From positions 496,001 to 560,000 of the forward strand of contig CDRNVI010000039.1 in NCBI GenBank assembly GCA_977017575.1: a stretch of DNA of 64,000 nt. The letters run 5' to 3'. This document shows positions 21,992 to 32,328 of the stretch, in pieces. Made by a program: the position numbers and the translations under genes. The stretch comes from Paramoeba atlantica. Lineage: Eukaryota; Protista; Discosea. A model generated the notes under the pieces. That model made no database searches and had not been told where the DNA came from. It saw nothing but the letters and a program-made list of their open reading frames with translations. Position 1 is the first letter of the stretch. Each line of letters opens with the position of its first letter.

Positions 21992-23344
21992 TTAGACGTA
22001 AAATAGAAACAACCACGCTTGGAGATAAAAAAATATGTTGGTTAAATACTCTCCGTCTTTTGTTGCGGAACGATTTGCTTCTAACGACCTTTTAAGAAAC
22101 TCGGACAAATACAAGAAAGACCACCCAAGGACAAACAAAGTGACATAAAATAGCGCGGTTGCATTTGTACTGCGAGGGATAAGCCACGCTTGCAAGTAAA
22201 GATGACATAGTAGGGAAGAACACAAAAAGAGAATGCTGTACGCGGACATATCTGACAATTTACTGTGCACTTCTTGATCCGAAGCTTGAAGCAATAGAAT
22301 AGCAAAGAAAAGCGTAGGGAGTGAGATACCTGAAACACTGTGAAGCACTGCAAGCATGTGCACACCAGCCATCAGGGGAACTATTCGAGTCTGGCTGCGA
22401 GACGAAAGTTCCGTCGGTCTGGCTGCTAAGCCAACTGTGTAGATAAGGGGAAGCGAGACAATAAGAAACACGTAGATACTTCGATACTGGATATCCAACA
22501 ACTGAAACAGGTAAAAGTAGGGAAGAACTGAAGGCGTGAAATCAACTGTAATTCGTCCCATTTCATGAAGTCCTACAATTGCACTTGTCGTAACGGGAAT
22601 AAGCAACAACCAAGATAAAACTCTATTCCATCGTTTAGAGTCATCTCGAAAACTCCTAGTCAGAATCAAACTTATGAGAGCTAAAGGAAAAACGGAGTAC
22701 ATCGGTTCCCATTGAACTAGAAAGACACACAAAGAGACAATTAGGACAGAACATGCGGCATTTTGGAACAAAGAGCACTTCTCACTTAAGAAAATCACGC
22801 TGAGAAGAAGTACTACCCCTAGATGTTTAACACAGGAAAGGGATTGCACAATCGACTCAATTAGAAATACAGGATGAACGAAATACGTAATAGCGGGATC
22901 AGAAGACGGTAGTTCAGCGGCCGCCGTTGAAGATACCCGAATAAAGTGTAATAAAATACCCGTGAACAGTTGACATAGGGGAACTTGGATCCGCGAAAAT
23001 GGGGTACTTTGCATCACTCCTGCAAGATAAACGCCTATTTGATGTGCAGTAGTGATTGGACCAAACTCACGCACGTGACACAGCCCTTCGCGTGGGGTAT
23101 TAAAAAAAGGATGATAAGACAATGTTTTTAAGATATGAGCATTCGAATGATAAAGGTCTACCCAATGTTGTATGAAAGTGCTTGAGGAGTTTGCATGGAT
23201 ACGCAATTGTGTGCAAGGGTTAGTTTTTCTGAACTGTGTAAACGTTAGGTAAGGTTGATGGCAGATCATGGACAGGCATACCTTGAAGAAAGTGGATAAT
23301 ATCGCGACGAAACAGAATTCCTTGTAGAATGAGATTGCACTCAT
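21992..23344 (-). CDS. Multi-pass membrane protein, PIG-U-like GPI transamidase subunit
   Basis: Many hydrophobic segments. HPFFNTPREGL and FTPSVLPYFYLFQLL resemble the PIG-U motifs SP.NS..R..EG and LTPN.GL.WY.F. Confidence 0.5.
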   Translation of the reverse strand: MSAISFYKEFCFVAILSTFFKVCLSMICHQPYLTFTQFRKTNPCTQLRIHANSSSTFIQHWVDLYHSNAHILKTLSYHPFFNTPREGLCHVREFGPITTAHQIGVYLAGVMQSTPFSRIQVPLCQLFTGILLHFIRVSSTAAAELPSSDPAITYFVHPVFLIESIVQSLSCVKHLGVVLLLSVIFLSEKCSLFQNAACSVLIVSLCVFLVQWEPMYSVFPLALISLILTRSFRDDSKRWNRVLSWLLLIPVTTSAIVGLHEMGRITVDFTPSVLPYFYLFQLLDIQYRSIYVFLIVSLPLIYTVGLAARPTELSSRSQTRIVPLMAGVHMLAVLHSVSGISLPTLFFAILLLQASDQEVHSKLSDMSAYSILFLCSSLLCHLYLQAWLIPRSTNATALFYVTLFVLGWSFLYLSEFLKRSLEANRSATKDGEYLTNIFFYLQAWLFLFYV

Positions 23345-23544
23345 TTCGAAGGAACTCTTCCGATCACTTCATGACAACATCTGTAAAAGCAATTGCATAA
23401 TATTTAGTTTAAATTTTTCGTGTAAGAAGGGGGAAGCGAAGCCTGTAGTATCTATTGATGATACAGTAAAGTCAAATAGAATTTGTAAACTTGGATAGCT
23501 CATTGCGTATTGCAATCATGTGACGCTTTCTCAAACGCTTTTTA

Positions 23545-24320
23545 GAAGGTACTACAGTACACCCCCAGTAAGAGCCCCCCCCCACTAAGAGAGATTTGGA
23601 CCTTTTTGGGCTGACCCCTAGTAAGAGAGATTTGGCTCGGGTGCTCCACAGGGGGCGTATAGAGGGTGGGTGTCCGCATGTTGAGGGCCTCAGGGGCAAC
23701 CCAAATACTCTCCCCCCTAACCTAGCGTTGCCTGGTTTACTACACCCTCCTAGGCCCCCCACCTGGACCCCCAGCGACCTCATACTGAAAAAATGCTTCC
23801 CTGGACGTTGGTTTCTATTGGCGCCTGACTGGGTTTGCCTAGGATTGCATTTTTCGGCCCCCTACACATAACCGTCATTGCCGACAATGACGGTATGCTA
23901 CGTCCGGACGGGTGCTTGATGTTCATGCGCTCATTGGCGCAGAGATACAGCCCGTGATGCGACGGCCGATATCATCGGCACATGATCCGCCCACAACGGA
24001 TGTCGCACCAAGGGGCATTTGGCACGGACTCGGTCGGTAGAGGGGGTCCAGGCAACTCGCCCTCTCTTTACGCAGCCGGAAGGGCGCACTGCAACCGACC
24101 GTTGCCTCGCGATAAGACGAGGCAGAGCCACGCCCAGTGGTCCTCAAGGGAGGCCACCATGGCGCATGGCTCCCCGGAAGAAGAAGGGAGAAGAAAATCG
24201 GCTATTTTCGGCTCTGATCCTTCCGTTTTCTCCTGCCTTCGAAGCCATTTTTTTTAGGCTCCTCGTTATACACGGTGGTAGTTTTCAACGCGAAGCGCGC
24301 AGCATGAGTGACTTCTAAGT
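23545..24320. other. GC-rich non-coding region with nested inverted repeats (candidate structured RNA or non-autonomous element)
   Basis: Multiple hand-verified stems, for example 23871-23894 (10 bp perfect), 23958-24007, 24031-24101, 24103-24124 and 24125-24172. No credible ORF. Confidence 0.6.
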
Positions 24321-24328
24321 TGAAAACG

Positions 24329-25540
24329 GGTGGGATTGAACGAATAATGTACACTTTTTTTAAATAATTTTAAATTTTTATGAAATCCTTTTTTGTGTTT
24401 CCTAGGGTGATATGTATGAATTTTTTGGATTATTAGTCATTTTTTATCTTAAAATTACGGCTAGTATTGCTTCTCTAAGGTTTCAATGAACTGCACAGGT
24501 TGCCCTCGTTTTGATTGCGCTGCTCAAATTCGCTTGACTTCAGTCGGCTCTGCCACAGAGGAAACGTGTATGTTGTGGATGCGAAACCACAAACTCACTG
24601 TACAAAGCGTTTCCTGCGAGCGTGGGCATGAGCGGGCATTGTGTAATCTGAAGGGAGGCAAGTTCCACTGCCCAGTACGCTCCTGCCGCAATTTGATGTC
24701 ACAGGACGGTCCTCTCAAGCACTCAAAGACAAAGGTGTCCGCAAAGCAGATTCTAATTGGGATCGTTTCCTTTTCTTATAGCATGCTGGGAACAGAAGTT
24801 GCAAAGGAAGAAGAAGTCTCTCAAAGAACTGTAGTTTTGCAACGCCAAATTATCGAAAAATCATTGTCTGAGGTTCATAAAATCCGTCAGCGGAACGCCG
24901 AGGGAACAGTATCCTTTATGCAAGTCGATGAGACGTGGTTCTCAAAGATCAAGCGAGGGGGAAACAACCGAAACCAGCGGGTACGCGCTGGTGGTAGCCA
25001 GATAGTTCAGACTCTGGCCGAATGTACTCGTGACAGCAAGCTGACAGAGATACATGTCACGCCTGTGCCTCAAAAAAGCGCAGAACACTTAATTCCCCCC
25101 ATCGAGGCTATGTGTGCCTCCTCGCGTACGCGGATCCATACCGACGCCAGGCACAACAATTTTCTTGAAGGAAAGTATCAATGGGATTCGGTTATCCACA
25201 GAAATGAGTGGATCAGTGTTTCCGGTGTGCACACTAACACCGTAGAAGGAGCCAACAGCATGTTGAAGAGAACTTTGACGCGTTGTGGCGGCCAACTTGG
25301 TAGAAGCAATGAAAACCGGCATGAGCGTGTGCGCGCCCTGGCAGAAAAATGTAACGGATCTCTGCGGGTGAATGGAGCAAGTGTTTTGAAGCGAGTTTTG
25401 GAGGATCTTCGCGTGTATTGTGCGCATTATGTTCTGCAGTAAGAAGCATTTTTTTTGTTAGATAATGATCGAAGGGAAAATATCGTCCTTTTAAAAATTC
25501 TGAAAACTGAAATTTTGTACATTATTCGTTCAATCCGACC
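24329..25540 (+). mobile_element. Merlin (IS1016/IS1595-related) DNA transposon, 1,212 bp, 25-bp TIRs, 8-bp TSD
   Basis: GGTGGGATTGAACGAATAATGTACA (24329-24353) matches the reverse complement of 25516-25540 at 24/25. TGAAAACG is duplicated at 24321-24328 and 25541-25548. Confidence 0.92.
24486..25442 (+). CDS. Merlin/ISXO2-like DDE transposase
   Basis: N-terminal Cys-rich finger, MQVDETWF (D), IHTDA (D), VIHRNEW..GVHTNTVEG (E). Uninterrupted 318 aa, opposite to the gene cluster. Confidence 0.9.
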   Translation: MNCTGCPRFDCAAQIRLTSVGSATEETCMLWMRNHKLTVQSVSCERGHERALCNLKGGKFHCPVRSCRNLMSQDGPLKHSKTKVSAKQILIGIVSFSYSMLGTEVAKEEEVSQRTVVLQRQIIEKSLSEVHKIRQRNAEGTVSFMQVDETWFSKIKRGGNNRNQRVRAGGSQIVQTLAECTRDSKLTEIHVTPVPQKSAEHLIPPIEAMCASSRTRIHTDARHNNFLEGKYQWDSVIHRNEWISVSGVHTNTVEGANSMLKRTLTRCGGQLGRSNENRHERVRALAEKCNGSLRVNGASVLKRVLEDLRVYCAHYVLQ

Positions 25541-26091
25541 TGAAAACGACCACCGCGTACAACGAAGAGCCTAAAAAATAAAAAAACCAGATGACTATAT
25601 GAGAAATTTAAGGAAAAAGAAGGGTCAAAATTCCGCAAATTATTTGAAACATTACGAAAATTGATAACTGAAAACTAACTTTCTTGAGAGAAAAGTAGCT
25701 CATATTTCCGTTAAAAAATCTTGCGCCTGTAGGAAATTCCTTTTTGTGCGTTTTGGCTTATTTTTGTGTCGTTCGAGAGATCTCGTTACTCTAGCGAAGA
25801 TTATTGCTTCTTTTTTCTGTACAGGGGATCCCTGGTGCTCTCTGGACCATCTCTTTCATTTTTATGGTACGGACCTGTAAGAGATGTAGTATTAGAGATG
25901 CAATATAATACATGCATGTGTATATTGTAATGGAACAAAGACTAGATCCACTTGCAAGAGGCATATAAACATAGAGTAAAAGTCTATTGGAGTCTGCGAG
26001 AATTCTTGACTGCGAAAACCGATTTCTTGAACGAACCTCAGAAATTTGAATTTGTTTCTAGAACAATATCTTCAAAATTGCCAAATAAGTG

Positions 26092-27000
26092 CTACCGTTC
26101 GTCGTCAGTAATTTCCTTTTCACCCGATGAATAGGATCTTTTGGATAAACGTGTATCTTCCACATCTTTATAACGAAGTTCTTTGGCCCAGAAAGAAATA
26201 TCCGGATACAAAAAAGTAAATATTTGATCGGTGAGCAGTGCATTTAGACGCTTGTGATCTTGCTTTTCTATAGACAAAATTAAATCTTGAGCAGTACCCC
26301 ATTCTTCGCTCCGCAACAGATTCGGCTTTTCGGATTCCGCTTCTCGTATTGCACGCTTCGCAAGAACAAGGTCTTGAAAATATAACGCCGTGACAACTGA
26401 CTCAAGCACTGTCCGAGAGTACATATGGGTGTTGTCTTGCTCGCGGTGGCATTTTCGTTGAAGTTGGAGGCAGTGTAAGATATCCTCTACGCGTCCTCCA
26501 TTAATGGTACACTGTAACCAATCGCTAAAAATGTCCCTAGCTAAGTAAAGCTTTTCTATGCCAAACAGTATGTTTATCGCGTCTTCAAAATATGTACACG
26601 CTCCCTCTTGCTCGAAGTGTACCATTTCTTTCCCCGCTTCGTGTAATGCATGTGCTCTTCTATTTGGTTTATCGTCTTTCATAAAGTAATCGGCAGCAAT
26701 GAGATAATACTCAGAAGCTTCTTTGTGCTGATTTTTTTCTTTTAAGAAGGCAGCAAATCGTAGAGCTCCGTTGGCTACCATATAAGGATCACCCAGATTA
26801 GTAAAGGTTTCGCAAACCAAAGAGGTACACTCTTTCGCTTTAACAGCGTCCTCGATTTTAATAAACAGAGATGCTGCAATATCGAATTCATCAGCGGCAG
26901 ATTCGTAATCTGGTTTCCATCGAAACAACGTGCGACGAAGAAATGAGTATCCCCTTTTCAAGTGCTGTGCAGCCTTTCGCGCTGTGTCTTGCGAGCACAT
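26092..27000 (-). CDS. Gamma-SNAP (soluble NSF attachment protein)
   Basis: FRWKPDYESAADEFDIAASLF followed by TPR-like helices. ATG at 27000. Confidence 0.8.
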   Translation of the reverse strand: MCSQDTARKAAQHLKRGYSFLRRTLFRWKPDYESAADEFDIAASLFIKIEDAVKAKECTSLVCETFTNLGDPYMVANGALRFAAFLKEKNQHKEASEYYLIAADYFMKDDKPNRRAHALHEAGKEMVHFEQEGACTYFEDAINILFGIEKLYLARDIFSDWLQCTINGGRVEDILHCLQLQRKCHREQDNTHMYSRTVLESVVTALYFQDLVLAKRAIREAESEKPNLLRSEEWGTAQDLILSIEKQDHKRLNALLTDQIFTFLYPDISFWAKELRYKDVEDTRLSKRSYSSGEKEITDDER

Positions 27001-27273
27001 GACTCCACCGATTACAGAAGTTAGAAAGAGAAAATAAGCAATCGATTTTTTTTTAAAATAATTGAAATTGCCAATTGAAATAATTGATTGTTTCAATGGA
27101 AAACTGGCGAAAGGTACTATGAGAAGTAGTGATGTAACATTTTTTCAAGCAATGCAATTACATGTCAGCCTAAATTGATTATCAAGCAGAAACGAACGAC
27201 ACCCTTTATCGGAAATTTTCATAAATACTGATATTAGAAAAAACAGATAGCTCGCGCCCAGTAGCATTGAAGC

Positions 27274-28632
27274 TCAGCAGAAATCAAGATACGTTGTGAC
27301 TACATAAATTAGTGCTATACCAATACAGAAAAAGAAAAGCTTTCGCCAATGTCGTTGACCCTGAATAAACTCCTCCACAACGACTTCGCTTGCCCCAATA
27401 TATAAAAAGGAACCGCTGCTAAACCCTAGGAAGTAGCCCTCTGCACATTTTGGAAGCAACGCTTGGGCCAGCCACCCAATTCCAACACCAATTGGAGTAC
27501 TCAGAGAGAATGCACAAAGAAGGGCAACAATTTTCTTGCTTCGAATCTCTGTCTTGGAGAAGCTGATTCCAAGGGCGAGGCCCTCAGCCCATTTGTGGGC
27601 GACAATCGCAAAGAAAAGAAATAGAATATGGTGCTTGCCGCGTTCCACCCCAAGGGCTAGACCTTCCGAGAGCCCATGAGCCCCGAGTGCTGCCATGAGC
27701 ACGTAGGGCTGTATTGTTCCTGTGCGCACTTCATGGTAGGGATACAAGTGAGTATGACGATGCTCCTTTGAAATAACAGGTGGAACTTCCAAAACTTGGT
27801 CGGATTCGAGACCAATAGAAACGTTATCATCCGTGCCAGTGATCTGTGGCACCGTGGAGTCTACTGTTTTGTGTTCACTTTCCCCGGTGCCGGCTTTAGA
27901 AGGTTTCAACGCAACGCTGCTGGTGGAGCGTGCCTTGCTCGCGACATCTAAACCCGCAGTGCGATGCTCTTTGTCTTCACAAACGACACAATGGGATGCT
28001 GCTTCTTTTCCAGCAATCGCGGCAACGATTCGCTCGCGACATCGCAATATGTAGTGAGTGCCCTCAGCATGACAGGGAGGCGCTGTGTCTTGTATGCATC
28101 GGTCTACCGCTGGTTTGATTTCGGGACTCATAACAGCTCCTCTCGGCTTTTTTATTTTCTGCTTCTGGGAAGCGAGCATTTCAATCGTTGCAGATGTTTT
28201 TGCTTCGAGCTGAGCTGCAGAGGAGGGAGCCGAGGCGTCCTCTTGATGGACTGCCATGTGCATGTGGTGAGCGCAGGAAGGAGTGGTGAAGACGACCCGT
28301 TCAAGTGTTAGGATTGCGGCATAGCCAACAACACACATTAGGTAGCTAATACGGTACTTGATATTGTCATCACCGTAGAAGTCTTGTAATCGAGCTTCTC
28401 CCTCGGGAAGTAAGTGAATGAGACCCATGCTAAGGAAGACCCCGGCCGCGAAAGCGTTGGCCAATCCCAGAAATGTGGTGTAGTGTCGTGAACCTGAAAA
28501 TTTGGCCCTCAATGTGACAGGGAGAAGTGCGAAACCCATTCCGACTAAGTAGATGGCGACAATACTAATGGATTTTAGAAGAGCATCGTGTTCCGAGTGC
28601 ACTGCGTGGTGAGTATGATGACCGTGTCCCAT
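27274..28632 (-). CDS. ZIP family zinc/iron transporter
   Basis: His-rich N-terminus, ANAFAAGVFLSMGLIHLLPE, ALGAHGLSEGLALG, AIVAHKWAEG, SSGSFLYI. Confidence 0.92.
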   Translation of the reverse strand: MGHGHHTHHAVHSEHDALLKSISIVAIYLVGMGFALLPVTLRAKFSGSRHYTTFLGLANAFAAGVFLSMGLIHLLPEGEARLQDFYGDDNIKYRISYLMCVVGYAAILTLERVVFTTPSCAHHMHMAVHQEDASAPSSAAQLEAKTSATIEMLASQKQKIKKPRGAVMSPEIKPAVDRCIQDTAPPCHAEGTHYILRCRERIVAAIAGKEAASHCVVCEDKEHRTAGLDVASKARSTSSVALKPSKAGTGESEHKTVDSTVPQITGTDDNVSIGLESDQVLEVPPVISKEHRHTHLYPYHEVRTGTIQPYVLMAALGAHGLSEGLALGVERGKHHILFLFFAIVAHKWAEGLALGISFSKTEIRSKKIVALLCAFSLSTPIGVGIGWLAQALLPKCAEGYFLGFSSGSFLYIGASEVVVEEFIQGQRHWRKLFFFCIGIALIYVVTTYLDFC

Positions 28633-28962
28633 GATGAGTACTAGCTTGAAGACTTCAAATTTATATTTTAAAAATGACAGCTCGTAATTAGTATACAAGC
28701 AAATAGGCGTTGTATAAATAGGTAAAGTGAAAACTATTAGAAATGAAGAGTGCCATCCGACCTTCTTGATCTAGTTCTCTTTCTCAAAACAGTTTGTTGT
28801 TTACAAACAAACGCAGTATTGTTTACCATGTAAAGCTCCTGCACGAAGTTTCAATATACAATGTACAAGAAGAGTTCGGCGAAGCGCAAGCCTAAAATTC
28901 TAACAGTACAAATCTAGTCTACCTCTAGAAAAAATAATGCACCAGTTCTACCTTATGCACTG

Positions 28963-30543
28963 TCACTTTCCATTCGTTAATTGTTCCAGTGTTGTGCACG
29001 CATCGCGTCGCAGATCAGATTGAATGCAATCGAGCTCTTTTCTTTGCCTACGTATCTTGCACTCTTTCTTTGCCAAGTCTCTTCGCTTTTGGAGATAAAG
29101 TGAGGCGCTTTCTTTTTGTTGCACAAAACGTGCCTCGTAATCTTGCACCTCCTTTTGCAAACAATCACATTCCTTGATGCATTCCGTAAATCTAGTATGA
29201 ATTTTTTGCTCGCGGTTTTTGACAGATTTTATCTCATTATTTTTCGCTGTCTTGCTCACATCTAGATGTTGTATCTGATCTTCAAGTAGACAACCCTGAT
29301 CAGAGAGAGACTTCATATCTTGAACCCCATGATGAACAGAGTGCTCTAGTTCGCAAACAAGAATTTGTTTTTTATTGCTTTCGGCCATTGAGCTTTGAAG
29401 ATCTTGCATAGACTTTTCTTCAGACGCGCATAAATGCTGTAGTTCGCAGTCTGCGTTACGAAGCCCATTTTCTGCTGCACTTAGACGATCCTGAGCCTTC
29501 AGAAGAGCCGCGTGAATACGTTCCACTTCGTTTTTTGCTTCTTCCACCCCCACCTTTAAGATTCTAGCCCGATTCCTTGCAGTTTCAGATTTCTGTATTA
29601 GTTTAGTGCACCCGATTCCAAGAATCTGATTCTGTTTCACATTCTCTTTCAATTCTTCCTGTGCTTTGCGCAATGCATCGCGAAAGCGCTGCAGTGAAAT
29701 TTCTTTCCGATTCTGCTCTACATGTACAGTCTGGTTCTTCTTTTTTATCACTTCTCCCTCTTCACGTAATTGAGACAAGACTTCTGACCCCCCTCGTATC
29801 TCGGTTTGCGCTATTTCGAGCTGTTCTTGGGCTATCAACTTTCTGTTTTGACTTGCCTTGAGCTCATTTTTCATGTGAGCGAGCTTGCGGGTGCAGTCCC
29901 TTTGCATTTTGTGTTCTTGGAGCAAGGAACACACATATTGAGAAAACACCGGGTATTCGGACAGCAATCGCCTGCTCCATTGCTTTGCGTATAATCCCTC
30001 GTTGCGTGAGGTATCTAATACTGGCCGAAGATCTTCGAACTCTTCAAAGACTTGATTCTCCAAGTCTATTGTTGGTTCTATTTTTTGACAAAGACTCATT
30101 AGCGCTTCCTCTGGATGCACCGAAGAAAGGCCACTAACTGTTTTATAGTCATGTTCCGAACATGGAAACCGTGTCTCGGGAGTATTTTTCACGAATAATG
30201 TCTTTGTAGCGGGTGGAATCGCTTTCTTTTCCTTATCGAGCGTTGTGGCCTTTTTGGGGACACCGTATAGTTGCGACCACTCGACAACTTGCTCATTGGA
30301 GACAAGATCAACCCATAGTTGAGATGGTTCATCGTATATTTTAAGTTTCTTTAACTGAAGTGAAGAGTCGGAATTGATGCAAGAGTTGGTAATGTCAGTC
30401 ATGGCGGAATCAAGATCTTTGCTAGCCCATGTGCGATGTATAAATTTTGCTATATCTGTAATGAAAGGGCGTGCTGGAAATTTTATCTCGTAATTGACCT
30501 TTTCTCCATGACAGTCGAAAGCGAAAAACAGGGTAAAATTCAT
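28963..30543 (-). CDS. BILBO1-like protein (BILBO1 N-terminal domain, degenerate EF-hand, long coiled coil)
   Basis: FAFDCHGEKVNYEIKFPARP...KLKIYDEPSQLWVDLVSNEQVVEWSQLY matches the remembered T. brucei BILBO1 NTD pattern (AADIFNNKVNFELSFPSRP..KIKMYDEELNKWVDL..DQLTDYCQLY). A heptad-rich C-terminus follows. Confidence 0.7.
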   Translation of the reverse strand: MNFTLFFAFDCHGEKVNYEIKFPARPFITDIAKFIHRTWASKDLDSAMTDITNSCINSDSSLQLKKLKIYDEPSQLWVDLVSNEQVVEWSQLYGVPKKATTLDKEKKAIPPATKTLFVKNTPETRFPCSEHDYKTVSGLSSVHPEEALMSLCQKIEPTIDLENQVFEEFEDLRPVLDTSRNEGLYAKQWSRRLLSEYPVFSQYVCSLLQEHKMQRDCTRKLAHMKNELKASQNRKLIAQEQLEIAQTEIRGGSEVLSQLREEGEVIKKKNQTVHVEQNRKEISLQRFRDALRKAQEELKENVKQNQILGIGCTKLIQKSETARNRARILKVGVEEAKNEVERIHAALLKAQDRLSAAENGLRNADCELQHLCASEEKSMQDLQSSMAESNKKQILVCELEHSVHHGVQDMKSLSDQGCLLEDQIQHLDVSKTAKNNEIKSVKNREQKIHTRFTECIKECDCLQKEVQDYEARFVQQKESASLYLQKRRDLAKKECKIRRQRKELDCIQSDLRRDACTTLEQLTNGK

Positions 30544-31173
30544 CGTCGATAGATAAAAATCTAGATAAATATTTAAGAGTTTTCGTTAGATTTATTAGGG
30601 AGGGACAATATCATTGCGTCAAAGTTCTTGCGCTTGGTAGATGTGTGGAAAATTTCGTCTACTTGCACAGTGGGGTAAAAATGTATGTGTCGATATTCGG
30701 GCAACATGAGCGCTTAAGTAAAGCTCTTAAGGAAATTAACCGGCATTCTGTCCTTACAATTTAGGAAGAAGTTAACTACGCGAAAAGTAAAACATTTTTT
30801 AAAGTGGCTACGATAGAACAGTGACAACATAAGCATCAATCCAAACCGGTATCCCAACAAACGAATGTATGACGATATAGGAAATATCAGGCAACCACAT
30901 ATCTATGTACACGCCTAATACAATTGGGTGTTACTTTAAATTTCTTTAGAGGCTTGTCTAAATTAAATAATGTCTCGTCACTTAACATGATAGCGCATAT
31001 ACTAACACTGCAACATGCATTGTACAACGTAATTAATTTACGAATTGAACTATAATTGAAGATTACTATGAACGACACACCATATAATTTTGAAACAGCA
31101 TTACATGTTATTTTTAATAAATGTAACAAGTTTTTAGAATTTTAACAAGTTTTAGATTCCTAAAACCGTGCTT

Positions 31174-31863
31174 TCATAGTCGCACTCTTTGAACTCTGCA
31201 TTGAGTTTCTCCCATCGTAAGTGCTGCTGTTTGAGTCATGTTGTGGAAATCAACAGTGTACTTTACTCTACCGAGTGTTTCGACTTGTACAGACCGTTGA
31301 CGCGGATCTCTTTGCCATTTGCGGTACGCCTTGTCAAATGCAAGACTTGTTTCATCAAGATACTTGTTCCAGCCATGTACTGCATTTAAAAATTGCCAAT
31401 GACACTTTGACCTCTGTTCTCTTTTACGCGGTATGGGATTCCCCGATGACTGGTTGTTGGGTATCATATGCGGCAAGAACTTCGTAGACCTGGACATCGT
31501 ATTCATGAGAGAGAGTTTCTCAGATGGCTCAGGGAGAGGACCCGAACGTCTCACTTTTACCAGATTAGTCATATGGGGACTGTTGAGTGACCCCTGTGTC
31601 GATGAACGGTAAGAACTACTGGAGCTTTTGTTGTTCTGAAGCGGTTTTAGGGATGTCTTCCGCAAATGTTTATTGCTGTGACCTCGTTTTGGAGAAGTCG
31701 CATTGCTGGCAGCAGTTTCTCGTCTTCCTTCTTTCTGTTTTTGGGCCTTTACTGGTCGAGGAATCAGACGGTACGCACGTGGAAGATAGGACGCAAAAGC
31801 CTTGTAATGGATCGGTTCAAATCTTTCTGGGGAAAGGCACCTTCGTTTTCCAAGTGATTCCAT
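31174..31863 (-). CDS. WWE-domain protein
   Basis: C-terminal HWQFLNAVHGWNKY..SLAFDKAY...VKYTVDFHNMTQT. Basic low-complexity N-terminus. Likely ATG at 31863. Confidence 0.7.
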   Translation of the reverse strand: MESLGKRRCLSPERFEPIHYKAFASYLPRAYRLIPRPVKAQKQKEGRRETAASNATSPKRGHSNKHLRKTSLKPLQNNKSSSSSYRSSTQGSLNSPHMTNLVKVRRSGPLPEPSEKLSLMNTMSRSTKFLPHMIPNNQSSGNPIPRKREQRSKCHWQFLNAVHGWNKYLDETSLAFDKAYRKWQRDPRQRSVQVETLGRVKYTVDFHNMTQTAALTMGETQCRVQRVRL

Positions 31864-32328
31864 ACGAAAAACAAGAAAAATTATCTCTAAGATGTAATGT
31901 TTCGGAGTGACTGAGTAAATAATAAACCAATTACTTAATCCAAAAAAATATGTCGCATAATTACTTTGAATACGAATAGAAGCAATGTGGAATATGCATA
32001 GGACCATCAATTAAATTTCTATAAATCAAATAGAATTCGAGAAAATCAAACCATTTTGCTCGGTCATAAAAAATTTATATTCCCATATATCGTACAGCAT
32101 CGGTAGTAAACATTTCTGTTTAAATTGTAAAAAGGTTTTTCAATATACACAATTTTCACTAATGAGTTAGTAAGCAGACAGCTTTGCTATGTCCTCCTAA
32201 TATCAAGCCTAAATCTCGCGACTGAAAGTGTGCCGCAATGTATGGCAAGCATGTCTACCTTTAAAGCTAAGGAAAATGAAAAACATAAACTTTAAAAACA
32301 TTAATTATTCGATTTATTCAATTTCGTG

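Noticed and set aside
23871-24320. Identification of the structured block as 7SL/SRP RNA because of the CAGCC-GGAA-GG arm
   Set aside because: The SRP54-binding loop consensus (CAGG...GNRA...AGCA) is not properly matched, and no Alu-domain pattern or Pol III terminator fits.
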